Origin: Octopus sinensis
Taxonomy: Eukaryota
Direction of reading: 5' to 3'
Assembly (NCBI RefSeq): GCF_006345805.1
Contig: NC_043022.1
Location: forward strand, 20,398,001 to 20,462,000
DNA length: 64,000 nucleotides
Shown here: in pieces, positions 50,467 to 62,452 of the stretch
Position numbering within the stretch: position 1 is the stretch's first letter
Layout of the letters: each line of letters starts with the position of its first letter
The notes under the pieces: generated by a model
What the model saw: the letters and a program-made list of their open reading frames with translations, nothing else
Databases searched by the model: none
Told to the model about the DNA's origin: nothing
Position numbers and translations under genes: made by a program

Positions 50467-50470
50467 ATAC

Positions 50471-50716
50471 CTGTGAAAGACTCTCGATAAGCTCATCCAC
50501 TTTGGCACTGTCTCTCAGCATAACATTCAGGTCATCGTTTTCCATCGAGTGGATAACAGCAAACGCCTCGCTTTCATCGGGCACTAGACGCAGTGCATGG
50601 TTTGATGTGATGGTCGAAGAATTGTAGGCCTCTATTGAACCAGTCCGCGATCCTATGTGTGGCTGCACATCAGCCAATGTCCCGTAACCGGGCTGGCTAT
50701 AATTTGTATAATTCAT
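50471..50716 (-). CDS. VPS37B: VPS37B/C-like ESCRT-I subunit, coding exon 1 (MNYT...ESLSQ, 82 codons)
   Basis: ATG at 50716; acceptor ttgttctgtttcag| gives exon start 50745; donor CAG|gtattg. End of exon aligns with the N-terminal helix of vertebrate VPS37B (LNELLEDEGQLTEMV-like). Confidence 0.85.
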
Positions 50717-52742
50717 TTAGACGTAGGAATAAATATTAACAGAAGCTGAAACAGAACAAAAAAAGATAAAACAAGAAATTAGATTTTTTAACTCTCTCCT
50801 GTTTTTTACTACCCACAAGGGGCTAAACACAGAGGGGACAAACAAGGACAGACAAACGGATTAAGTCGATTACATCGACCCCTGTGCATAACTGATACTT
50901 ATTTTATTGACCCCAAAAGGATGAAAGGGAAAGTCAACCCCAGTGGAATCTGAACTCAGAAACCTAACAACGGGCGAAATACCTATTTCTTTACTACCCA
51001 CAAGGGGCTAAACACAGAGGGGACAAACAAGGACGGACAAACGGATTAAGTCGATTACATCGACCCCAGTGCATAACTGATACTTATTTTATTGACCCCA
51101 AAAGGATGAAAGGGAAAGTCAACCCCAGTGGAATCTGAACTCAGAAACCTAACAACGGGCGAAATACCTATTTCTTTACTACCCACAAGGGGCTAAACAC
51201 AGAGGGGACAAACAAGGACAGACAAACGGATTAAGTCGATTACATCGACCCCAGTGCGTAACTGGTACTTATTTAATCGACCCCGAAAGGATGAATGGCA
51301 AAGTCGACCTCAGCGGAATTTGAACTCAGAACTTAACGGCAGACAAAATACGGCTACGCATTTCGCCCGGCATGCTAACGTTTCTGCCAGCTCGCTGCCA
51401 AGTCATCATCATCATTTAACATCTGTTTTTCCCTGCTGGCAGGGGTTGGTTGGTTGGTTTGATTGGAGCTGCTATGCTGGAGAGTTACACCATTTTGACC
51501 TGTTCTCTATGGCTGGATGCCCTTCGTAATGACAACCACTCTATAGTGTGTACTAAGTATCTTTTACATGTCACCAGCATGGATGCCTTTTATGTGTCAC
51601 CAGCACTAGAGGCCTTTGTTATGGGTTTTAATTTTTTCTCACCAGCTGTATTCTTTCCCAGAAGCACCAGGTGATTATTTTTCCAGTAAACACAATAGGT
51701 GCAGGAGTGGCTGTGTGGTAAGTAGCTTGCTTACCAGCTACATGGTTCCGGGTTCAGTCCCACTGCATGGCACCTTGGGCAAGTGTTTTCTACTATAGCC
51801 TCGGGCCGACCAAAACCTTGTGAGTGGATTTGGTAGACGGAAACTGAAAGAAGCCTGTCGTGTATATGTATATATATATGTGTCTGTGTTTGTCTCCCCA
51901 ACATTGCTTGACAACCGATGCTGGTGTGTTTACGTCCCCGTAACTTAGCGGTTCGGCAAAAGAGACCGATAGAATAAGTATTAGGCTTACAAAGAATAAG
52001 TCCCGGAGTCGATTTGTTCAACTAAAGGCGGTGCTCCAGCATAACACAAAAAAAAAATACACAAACATAAGCAATTCATTTGAAAAAAATTAGACATAAA
52101 AAAAAATTTACGGAAATTACTGAACAAATACTTTCAGTTTTGATATAATTTCTGCGAAATTGCCTTGATTTCTTAATTAGACACAAAGTGTCAAAAATGT
52201 TAAGAATGGCCACAGCAAATCTATGACTAAAAAGTGTTTTACCAGGATCATCCTACCTAGCTGGTGTAATTTCGGGCATAGTTATGATCGCCATATATAT
52301 ATATATAGGCATTCTTACGTTATATATATATAACTATCATCATCATCGTACTCATCTTATATTGAGTTCTGATGGGTGGCACGTAAAAAGCACCATCCGA
52401 GCGTGGCCGTTCACCAGCCTCGTCTGGCACCTGTGTCGGTGGCACGTAAAAAGCACCCACTACACTCACGGAGTGGTTGGCGTTAGGAAGGGCATCCAGC
52501 TGTAGAAACACTGCCAGATCAGACTGGAGCCTGGTGCAGCCTTCGGGCTTCCCAGACCCCAGTTGAACCGTCCAACCCATGCTAGCATGGAAAACGGACG
52601 TTAAACGATGATGATGATGATATATGGGTACGGAACGTCTCAAAACGTAAACAATATGAACTATGAAGGCAAACTTGGGTATGCTAACAACGAGAGAAAC
52701 AAATGGAAAACAAGACAACTAGCAAATCGATATATATATATT

Positions 52743-52786
<44 letters not shown>

Positions 52787-53099
52787 TATATAAATATATA
52801 CACAGATATACACACACACGTGTATATAGGGTGGGTAGGCCAAAAGTTACGCATCAAAACATTCGACATTTTATTTACGTTACATTACTATTATTCATTA
52901 TGTACAAATATACGTGTATTTCATTACTTTATATATATATATACATACACACATATATATGTAGGAGGATTTGTTTATGGGTTTTAAAATGCACCCCGAA
53001 TCTAAAAAAAAAAAAACAACAAAAAAACGTGTAGTCGTTTTTAAATAGATTTATTCACATTCCAAACTGGTTTCGACAATTTTTGCTAATCAATGGTAC

Positions 53100-53152
<53 letters not shown>

Positions 53153-54219
53153 GCACATACATACAGAGAGAGAAAGAGACAGAGAGATAAGGATTTAGGA
53201 GAGTTTAAAGTTACAAGGTAAAGATTGGACAAACACGTTTAAACCATTAAATGTTCAAAAGAAATTCAATGAGTTTCACAGGGGTGGATAGTAGTGATAT
53301 ATTTGTACCACTGATAAGCAAAATATAGTCGAAACTAGTTTGGTATGTGAATAAATCTGTTTAAAAACGACTACACCTTTTTAAAGATTCAGGTACATTT
53401 TCAAACAACCAAAACAAATTCTGCTGTATTCATTTCTTGCGTGGGAATACACTTCTTTCTATATACATATGTGTGTGTGTGTGTATACATTTGAATTCCA
53501 TTAGAAGCCAATTGTACCAAGAGGAAGGCCGTAGAACACAAACAGAGCTGGGTGATGTCTTCAAAAGGAATGAGAAGAATGTGTAACGAAGAATGTACGA
53601 TCGTTGGCGATGCTATCATTCTTAGAAAATGGTTCCACCATAGGAAGAAGACAAGCGTATATAAATACGGGGCTGAGATAATCGATAATATCGATAATAA
53701 TCGATATAATCGATAATATCGATCCAATCAGTAAGCTTTCACTTGTGCTCTTTTACTGGCTTAAGTGTTTGGACAGTGGCCATGCTGTAGCTCCACTTTC
53801 AAAGTTGGAGTCGATAAAATCGATTCAGTATTTATTTTGGTACTTAGTCTATCGACCTCTATTACGTGAACTGCTAAATAAAATATAAAGGGAGATTAAG
53901 ATATAGTGCACCGGTTTTATAGACTGTAGACACACACACATACGTGTGTGAATTATTTGTCTGTAAATGTCAATATATAATGACATGTAAAAATAGATTG
54001 TGTCCATTTTATAGTTTCTTTCTTTATTTATTTAGAGATAGATAGATAGATAAATAGATAGATAGATAGACAAACAGATAGATAGATAGACAAACAGATA
54101 GATAGATAGACAAACAGATAGATAGATAGACAAACAGATAGATAGATAGACAGATAGATAGATAGACAAACAGATAGATAGATAGATAGATAGATAGACA
54201 AACGGATAGATAGACAAAC

Positions 54220-54274
<55 letters not shown>

Positions 54275-54291
54275 CAGATAGATAGATAAAC

Positions 54292-54338
<47 letters not shown>

Positions 54339-54756
54339 CAAACATATAGATAGACAAACAGATAGATAGATATTCAGTTAGCATACTTATAGAAAGATGA
54401 GTAGGGGTACACTTGTATAAGTATGTCTATATATGTATATATAGTGTTTGAAGAGGTTATATATATATGCGTGTGTGTGTGTTTGTGAGAGAGTGGTGTA
54501 AATATAGTATGTATGTAATACCAATATAATAGGGAGATACGATGCTAATGGCTATATATATATACATACATACATATATACACATACATACATATATGTG
54601 TGTGTGAATCCATACATGTATACATATAAAGAGATAGATCCGTTTCCTGTTTAGTGTATAAACATATGTTCGTTTAATGTAAATGTAAATATATATATAT
54701 ATATACAGACCTACATATGTATATATATCTATATACAAATAATAATTATGACATAC

Positions 54757-54870
54757 CTTTCGATAAAGCGGACAAAGTGAGAAATCCTAAACAAACTCCC
54801 AGACAGAAATAACCGAAAACAATCTCGTTGATTCACGTCGAATCACGCGAGATTTGTAGACGTCATCAGC
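54757..54870 (-). promoter_or_regulatory. Candidate VPS37 5'UTR exon and core promoter
   Basis: Donor aaag|gtatgt at 54756; CpG-containing non-repeat island with dyad aatctcgttgattc-acgtc-gaatcacgcgagatt (54821-54854) and CRE-like gacgtca (54859-54865). Confidence 0.5.
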
Positions 54871-55559
54871 TGCGAAAAGTCAATATAGATATTTCTCTCA
54901 ACTAATGTCATACAATTTTTGGTTTACTACTGGAATTTTTTCGTATTTTTGGTCTTACGCAATCAAAGTGATATTTTAGTGGGAAAGGGGTTAAGTTATG
55001 ACATTAAATTATAACATGTGACGTTTCGAACTTTATACATGAGACAAACAAAAATTTGTTCTGTTCAGTAATAGCAGACATAATTTACAGGGGTGTACCC
55101 CCACCCGCCCAATATCCGTGGGACTGGAGGGTACACCATAATTGTCTCTAAAAGGCATGTTTTGTAATGAAATTTTCCAGAGATATATTTTAGGAGTTGA
55201 AAATTACGATCATGTCGAAAAAAAATTATACATTTTATTTTTCATTTTTTATTAAAACAATTGCAGCGTAGAAGGTGTTTATAAGCCATTTAAGACACAC
55301 AAAAACCGTTAGATTCACTTCAACATTTCTTAAATGGCTTATAAACACCTTCCACGCTCGAATTGTTTTCGTTCCAGCACACGATCTCAGATCAGGTCAC
55401 TTGCTATGCAAGTACATCTCCGTAATTTTTTATGAAATTTTCAACAAGTACCCTCTACAATTAGAGCTTGGTACTTCTTTATGCAGCAGTCCTCATAAAT
55501 ATAGTTGTTTAACAATGCAGTAGATCAGAAAATAGATCAGATAGGTAGTGGATAGCAAT

Positions 55560-55900
55560 TTTCTTCACTACTTCAGGGAGTGACGACCCTGCCTGACAGG
55601 AGTCCTGGGCTCAGCTGGCTCCGGCTGACAGTACCCGGTATGGGCCCCTATCCAGAGTTGCAGAAAGGAGACAATCTTCAAAGGCATCCAGAATGGAGCC
55701 CCATAGGCGGTTTAGTGTTCGACTCGACATTCTTCCGGCAGGTCCTGCAACCAAGCTGGTGCCAAACGTAATGCTCTGCACTCCTTTGGACTACGTCAGC
55801 AAGGTCGAGAGAGGAATCCTGACGATTGGGCTACCCAAGATTTTCTTACATCTAGCCCAGGTCTGTGCAAAACTGGAGAGAAAACTGAGGACATGAAATG
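55560..55900 (+). mobile_element. Probable LINE (RTE-type) 5' region fragment
   Basis: GC-rich block unlike its flanks, resembling repeats recalled from octopus DNA; no intact ORF. Confidence 0.3.
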
Positions 55901-55949
55901 TAAAAACCAGACTGGATTAGTTTATGCACAACTCTATTGTCTCCCGAGA

Positions 55950-56760
55950 CAAAAGGATGCCAACAAGATCAGAAAAAATATGCACTCACATATTTGTCAA
56001 TAGAGGAGATATATTAATTAAAGTATGTTGTATTATCACCTGATCTTACTGATAAGTTTCACACCAGATATTAGATAACAGAGCAGTAAAGTAACACCAT
56101 ATGCTCTTCAGAGAAACAAAATTCCAATACAGAATTAGTAGCGGAAGTATTAAAATTCAAACCCAATTAATATACCAATACTGAAATAATATCCCAAAGT
56201 TTAGACAAAAGAACTGACCTAGAATCCGATAACAATCTTACTCACTTTGTGTATAGAGTGAACTAAAAATATTTTTATTTACTTTTAAGTGCACTACAAA
56301 TAATAAAAAATGGTTTAAGAACAATTGGTTCAAATACTGGCATGTTAAATAATTAAAATGTCTTATTTGTATTTTTAACAGTTTTTGATTATTCTTTTTA
56401 CCTGTTGTCATACTAAAGTTGTAAACAGGGAAAAAAGAATATATATTCACTGAATTGCCATGGGAATATCAGCTAAGAGCATAATGGGTACGAAACCAGT
56501 GGAAACTTCCTGACTGGCCATAACCAACAACTTTACTTCAATAGAGAAATCTACTTCCAAGCCTTTGAACATTTTTTCGACCAATATATCCCTCTTTATT
56601 TGTTCTTTACTTATTATTTCTTTACCCCTTCTCTTCTTAGGGTCTACCTTTGACGTTGGATCAACTAACGGCTTTTTAAAATACTTAATAGTGTTCTGTT
56701 TATCATTTATGCAGTCATCAAAATTGTTATTATGTCTTGTTGTTGAGATAGGTTCTCTCT
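55950..56760 (+). mobile_element. Highly degenerate Penelope-like element RT remnant upstream of hammerhead copy 2
   Basis: Broken frames containing IAMGISAKSIMG (56455-56490), resembling PLE RT GIAMGT..AP..ANL.MG; adjacent hammerhead is typical of PLE termini. Confidence 0.35.
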
Positions 56761-56846
56761 CTTTCCTGATGAGAAGATTACATTATTTTACACCGTTTAT
56801 TCCTTTGGAATAAAACCAATGTTGTCTTCGAAACATGTGTCGAAAG
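56761..56846 (+). ncRNA. Minimal type I hammerhead ribozyme motif, copy 2
   Basis: ctttc-CTGATGA(56766-56772)-gaagat...gtcttc-GAAA(56830-56833)-C ATGT G-TC(56840-56841)-gaaag. Stem I perfect 5 bp; stem III ACATGTGT is self-complementary with G.U pairs. Confidence 0.75.
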
Positions 56847-56893
56847 TAAAAGAATTTGAATAACATCTGCGTTCAACTCCATTTATTTATTTA

Positions 56894-56929
<36 letters not shown>

Positions 56930-57382
56930 AATAAAAATTATATATAAAGAAACAAGAACGTGAAATACACAAAGGGACGAACACAGAAAACAGACAGGTC
57001 ATTCGAAGCCTTTAATCTTCAGTCAGAAACCGGATCATCATAGCAAATTTTGGCTGATTAATTCTGATATTTGCTCCAACGCGGCCAGCCCCAAGGAAAA
57101 ACTAAGTTGTGAGCATTAGATTTCTTGGAAAAAGGAATGAATATAAATACAAAAAAACGAAAACAAAAATAATAAAAACAAGAATGGTTAATAACAGGAT
57201 AACGGCAGGTGTCTTACGACTTTAGACAAAATGAGACAAATATAACTTATCTAGCAGGCATGTTTTGAAAAAATTGCCTTTTCGGCAGAGGGGGAATGAT
57301 GTAGAGCGAGCTGCGGTCACCAACGAAATGGCTTGTTAAGCAGCAGGTCACAAGATATATATATATATATGTATGTATATAT

Positions 57383-57720
57383 ATAAAGTAGTTGTGTGCT
57401 GTCAACTTAATGTGGCAGTCCCATGAAGGGAATAATACTACTGCTATTTAGCCCTAGGAAGCAGCAACGTTTCCTGTCAGCCTTAGCACATTTCCTGTGT
57501 CCTTACGTTTACAAGGGGGAGATAAGCACATTCACCTAGCTAAGCCAGCAATCAGAGACTAGTTTCTGAGTCTTTGCTTGTCTTCAGTCTGGAGTAGCAC
57601 AAGGACAGGAAATGTGTCAAGGCTGACAGAAAGCATTGGTGCTTCCTAGGGCTAAATAGCAGTAGAATTATTCCCTTCATGGGACCGTCACAATAAGTTG
57701 ACAGCATACAATTACTTTAT
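57383..57720. repeat. Inverted repeat with ~120-bp arms (second small hairpin at 57813-57916)
   Basis: ataaagtagttgtgtgctgtcaactt... / ...aagttgacagcatacaattactttat. Confidence 0.85.
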
Positions 57721-57762
57721 CATATCACTACTGCATAAATCTCTCTGAGAGATTTAGAAATG

Positions 57763-57822
<60 letters not shown>

Positions 57823-57926
57823 AAATGTCAAGGTAGAAAATGCTAAAATGACTGAAGCCAATACTGAAATGCAAATATTTTAGCATTTTCTACCTTGACT
57901 TTTTTCTCCATATATATATATATATA

Positions 57927-57964
<38 letters not shown>

Positions 57965-60280
57965 ATTTATATATATGAGAGGTATTGGTATCTAGAAGAC
58001 CCAAAGAGTGGCAGGTAACACTAAGTAAGTGCTATGAACAAAGCCTAGTTAAACTCTTGGTTCGCTAATGATATGAGTGAGGAGTCTAATGTGGGCCTTG
58101 TATTAGCATGCATATATATATATCTCTCGATATCCTACGTTCTACTTGCCTAGAACCTGTCCTCTGAACCACCCCTCCCACTGGTGCCCACCCCTCCCAC
58201 TGGTGCTCCCCTATATTTCTGCACCCCCACCACCATTATAGGTGTCTACTCTTTGAACCCCCCTCTTCAATACGCTGCTCCCCTATTTTCTGCACCACCC
58301 AACCATTATAGGTGTCTACTCTTGAACCCCCCTCTTCAATACGCTATTTCACCATGCATTACCCCTCTCTCGATATCCTACGTTCTACTTGACTAGTACC
58401 TGTCCTCTGAACCACCCCTCCCACTGGTGCTCCCCTATATTTCTGCACCCCCCCCATAAAAAGCACCATCCGAACGTGCCGATGCCAGACCCCTCTGGCA
58501 CCTGTGCAGGTGGCACGTAAAAAACACCCACTACACTCGCGGAGTGGTTGGCGTAGGAAGGGCATCCAGCTGTAGAAACACTGCCAGACTAGACTGGAGC
58601 CTGGGGCAGTCCCGAGCTCCCCAGACCCCCGTCGAAACCGTCCAACCCGTGCTAGCGCGGAAAACGGACGTTAAACGATGATGATGATGATGATGATGAT
58701 GATATAGTGTGTGTGTGTGTGTGTGTGTGTGTTAGACAGAATGAGATAACAAAGCGAAGGCTGTGAGGAGTTTTCAGGACATTCATAAGGAAATAGTCTT
58801 ACAGCTGTTTCTGGGACATTATGGATATCCCTTAATCAGAGATGGGGTGACAAGGTTAAATAGAGGAAATATTTGAATTTGTATTATTATGGAAAAGGAG
58901 GAGATAGGGAATATAGAGGGAAATAAGAGAATGAAAGTAGAAATAAAATATATATAGATATTGTAGTTGCAGTTGACTGGCTGATTCGCACATTACAAGT
59001 CCAGTCTGTGAGTGGAACAATAAAAATATGCAAAACTTTTGTCAAGTTCCCAATGTGCCAAGGAAACCGGGAAACCGGCCCTAATGAGTCAGGCATGGCT
59101 CGAGAAGGAACAAACAATATATATATTATATATGTATGTGTGTGGAGGCACATGGCCTAGAGGTTAGAGCAGCGGACTCACGGTCGAGGGATCGCAGGTT
59201 TGAATCTCAGACTGGGCGATGTGTGTTTGTGAGCGAAACACCTAGGCTCCCCACGGCTCCGGCAGCAGGTAATGGCGAACTTCTGCTGACTCTTTCGCCA
59301 CAACTTTCTCTCACTCTTTCCTCCAGCATCTTGCAGCTCACCTGCAATGGACTGGCGTCCTGTCCCGGTGGGGAACCTATACGCCAAGGAAACCGGCCCT
59401 TATGAGCCAGGCATGGCTCGTGAAGGAACAAACAATCCATGAACAGGATCTTCAAATTCCTGCAGCCACAAGACCAGAGCTTACACAGACTAGTACCTTG
59501 TAGAGTACAAAAAATCTTGTATCATTTATACTAATGTATAGGTACCTGTTTTACATTTTGTCTTTTTTCTACCTTTTGATTCAGTCATTGGATTGTGGCA
59601 AGGCTGGGGCACCACTTAGAAGAATTTTAGTCGAACAAATCAACCTCAGTATTTTTTCTTTGTTATCTTTTTAAGCCTGGTACTTATTCTATCAGTCCTT
59701 TTTTGCTGAAGAGCTAGGTTACGGGGACGTAAACACACCAACACCAGTTGTCAAGTGAGATAGACAAAGACAAAGAGAAACAATGAAAGAGAGAGAGAAT
59801 GAGGAGAAAAGAGAAAGAAAGAGAGAGAGTATCAGCGACCCAGAGAAAGAGAAAAAGAAAGAGAGAGAGAGAAAGGAGAAAAGAGAGAGAGTCAAGCAGA
59901 CAGAAAGAAAGATCTCATCAGAGTTTTTAGGGGACGAAGCTGTTGGAGAAAGAGTAAGACGGTTACAAAAGGTCAAGAGCCTCGAAGTGAAAATTAACCG
60001 GTGTAATAAGAAAATATTGTTCCGGGTTGACTCACACTGTTTTTGTTTATATTTAACAGACACGGTTTTTAAATGTGGAGTAATTTACCAGCAGCTTCGT
60101 CTTTCATTTTGCAAACATAAATGCATAAGAATGTTTGTCTTTTTCACTTAATTCTAACAAACACCCACTCTTATATAATATAATATAAAATATATACTTA
60201 TATATACAAACACACACGCACCTTTTCGGTTTACCAGATTGAGTACTCCGACGTTCTAACGTTTTAGCCTATAAATTAGA

Positions 60281-60320
<40 letters not shown>

Positions 60321-60433
60321 AATATAAATATAAACGAGCCTATGTTTCTCTAGATACATATATACATATTTATTCTATCTTGGTCTAAACCACCCACACA
60401 ATCTCAGTTCTTTAAATTAACTCGTCCACGGAG

Positions 60434-60478
60434 ATGGCGGGAGAAATTGAAAAATCAGTTGAGTTTGTTGAAGCTTTG
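60434..60478 (+). CDS. SKA2: SKA2 (spindle and kinetochore-associated complex subunit 2), exon 1
   Basis: gagATGGCGG start (YY1-like context); MAGEIEKSVEFVEAL|gtaagt, perfect donor, phase 0. Confidence 0.8.
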
Positions 60479-61459
60479 GTAAGTAAATATATTTCTTGTT
60501 ATTTTATTTTAAAGTATTGGCATTCCTTCGATATAGCTCGACAAAATCAAAACGTTTCATTTCTCGTATTTCCGTGGAAGCAAATGACAGTTCGATTCTG
60601 TTTTCTGCTTGGAAATTTGCGGATTTTGCATACACACATGGAACAGGTAAGAACAAACATGCAAGGCTTTTTTTTCTTCAAGTTTAAAATGAGACATTGC
60701 TTGCATAATTTCGACAAGTTATATCGAAAGAATGCCAAAATATTCCTTATCTGTCCGTTAATGTAGTTTTCTTGATTTTTTTTATATTACGTAAGTTTTA
60801 AATTTTAGCTATGAATGCTTCTGAAAAAGACAACGGAATTGTTTCTATTCGGTGTATTTATATTAGATTCTGTCGTTGCGTTCTGAGTTCAAATTCCGCC
60901 GAGGTCGACTTTGCCTTTCATCCTTTCGGGGTCGATTAAATAAGTACCAGTTACGCACTGGGGTCGATGTAATCGACTTAATCCGTTTGTCTGTCCTTGT
61001 TTGTCCCCTCTATGTTTAGCCCCTTGTGGGCAGTAAAGAAACAGATTCAGGCGTGGCTGTGTTGTTGGAAGTTTGCTTTCAAACCACATGGTTCCTGGTT
61101 CAGTTCCGGAGCTTGGCACTTTGGGCAAGTGTTGTCTGATCAAAGCTTTGTGAATGTATTTGGTAAACGAAAACTAAAAAGCCCTCGTGTGTGTGTGTGT
61201 GTGTGTACATATACATACATGCCCACACACGACGGTTCATGTGTGTCTGTCTCCCCACTACCGTTTGACAACCGGTATTGGTTTGTGTACGTCCTCGTAA
61301 CGTAGCGGTTCGGCGAAAGTGACCTATATAATAAGCACCTAGCTTAAAAGCTTGCCTTAGCCATTGAACTGCGGTCATGCTGGAGCGCTGATTTGAAGGG
61401 CTTTTAATCGAATGAATCGATCCCGGCACTTATTTTGACAATGTTTTCGGTATTAGTAC

Positions 61460-61598
61460 GGTACTACTTAAATACAGAGGTCCCGACGCATCTACGTCAC
61501 CCTAACCCTAAGCCCTAACACCTAGCATTAAAACTAACCATAACGAGTAAAAACATCGTTACATAAATGCATCGGGGCCTCTGTATTTAAGTAATACC
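61460..61598. mobile_element. MITE with GGTACTACTT terminus and (CCCTAA)-like core, in SKA2 intron 1
   Basis: TIRs ggtactacttaaatacagagg / cctctgtatttaagtaatacc; TSD attagtac / attagtat (7 of 8); central ccctaaccctaagccctaac. Confidence 0.75.
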
Positions 61599-62199
61599 AT
61601 TAGTATATGACATCAGTGATGGGTGTCTATGTGAGAGTGTGTGTGTGTCTGACTTTTCAATTCTATCCAGCAGATGAAACAATGACACAGGCTCATTCAT
61701 AATGTCATAGACTTTTACCGAAAGATTGGCTTTATTTTTTTTAAGTCTTGTACTTATTGTATCAGTTCTCCAACGCCAAACCGCTATGTGCAAGGGCATG
61801 GACAAACCATCACCAATTGTTAAATGATGGTTTGGGGAACAAACAAAGATACACATATACACGACAGCTTTCTTCACAGCTTCCGTCTACCAAATCTACT
61901 CTCAGTGTATTGGTCTGAACTATAGTAGAAGACACCTGACCAAGGTGTCATAATTACTTAATTAAAAATAGCAAAACTTATTCTCTTTCTCTTTTACTTG
62001 TTTCAGTCATTTGACTGTGGCCATGCTGGAGCACCGCCTTTAATCGAGCAACTCGACCCCGGGACTTATTCTTTTGTAAGCCCAGTACTAATTTTATCGG
62101 ACTATTTTGCCGAACCGCTAAGTAACGGGGACATAAACACACCAGCATCGGTTGTCAAGCAATGCTAGGGGGACAAACACAGATACACAAACACACACA

Positions 62200-62244
<45 letters not shown>

Positions 62245-62452
62245 GACGGGCTTCTTTCAGTTTCCGTCTACCAAATCCACTCACAAGGCTTTGGTCGGCC
62301 CGAGGCAATAGTAGAAGACACTTACCTAAGGTACCATGCAGTAGGACTGAACCCGGAACCATGTGGTTGGTAAACAAGCTACTTACCACACAGCCACTCC
62401 TGCGCTTTTCTTCTTTTTATTTTTGTTGCTTTCATTTTATTGGTTTTTCTAG

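Noticed and set aside
54836-54872. Minus-strand CTGATGA-cgtc...gacg-tGAAT in the VPS37 promoter
   Set aside because: Core spacing wrong and no stem III; explained by the promoter dyad.
55560-55900. HDV-like ribozyme at the putative RTE 5' region
   Set aside because: Could not assemble a P1-P4 nested pseudoknot by eye; would need an RNAMotif/Infernal scan.
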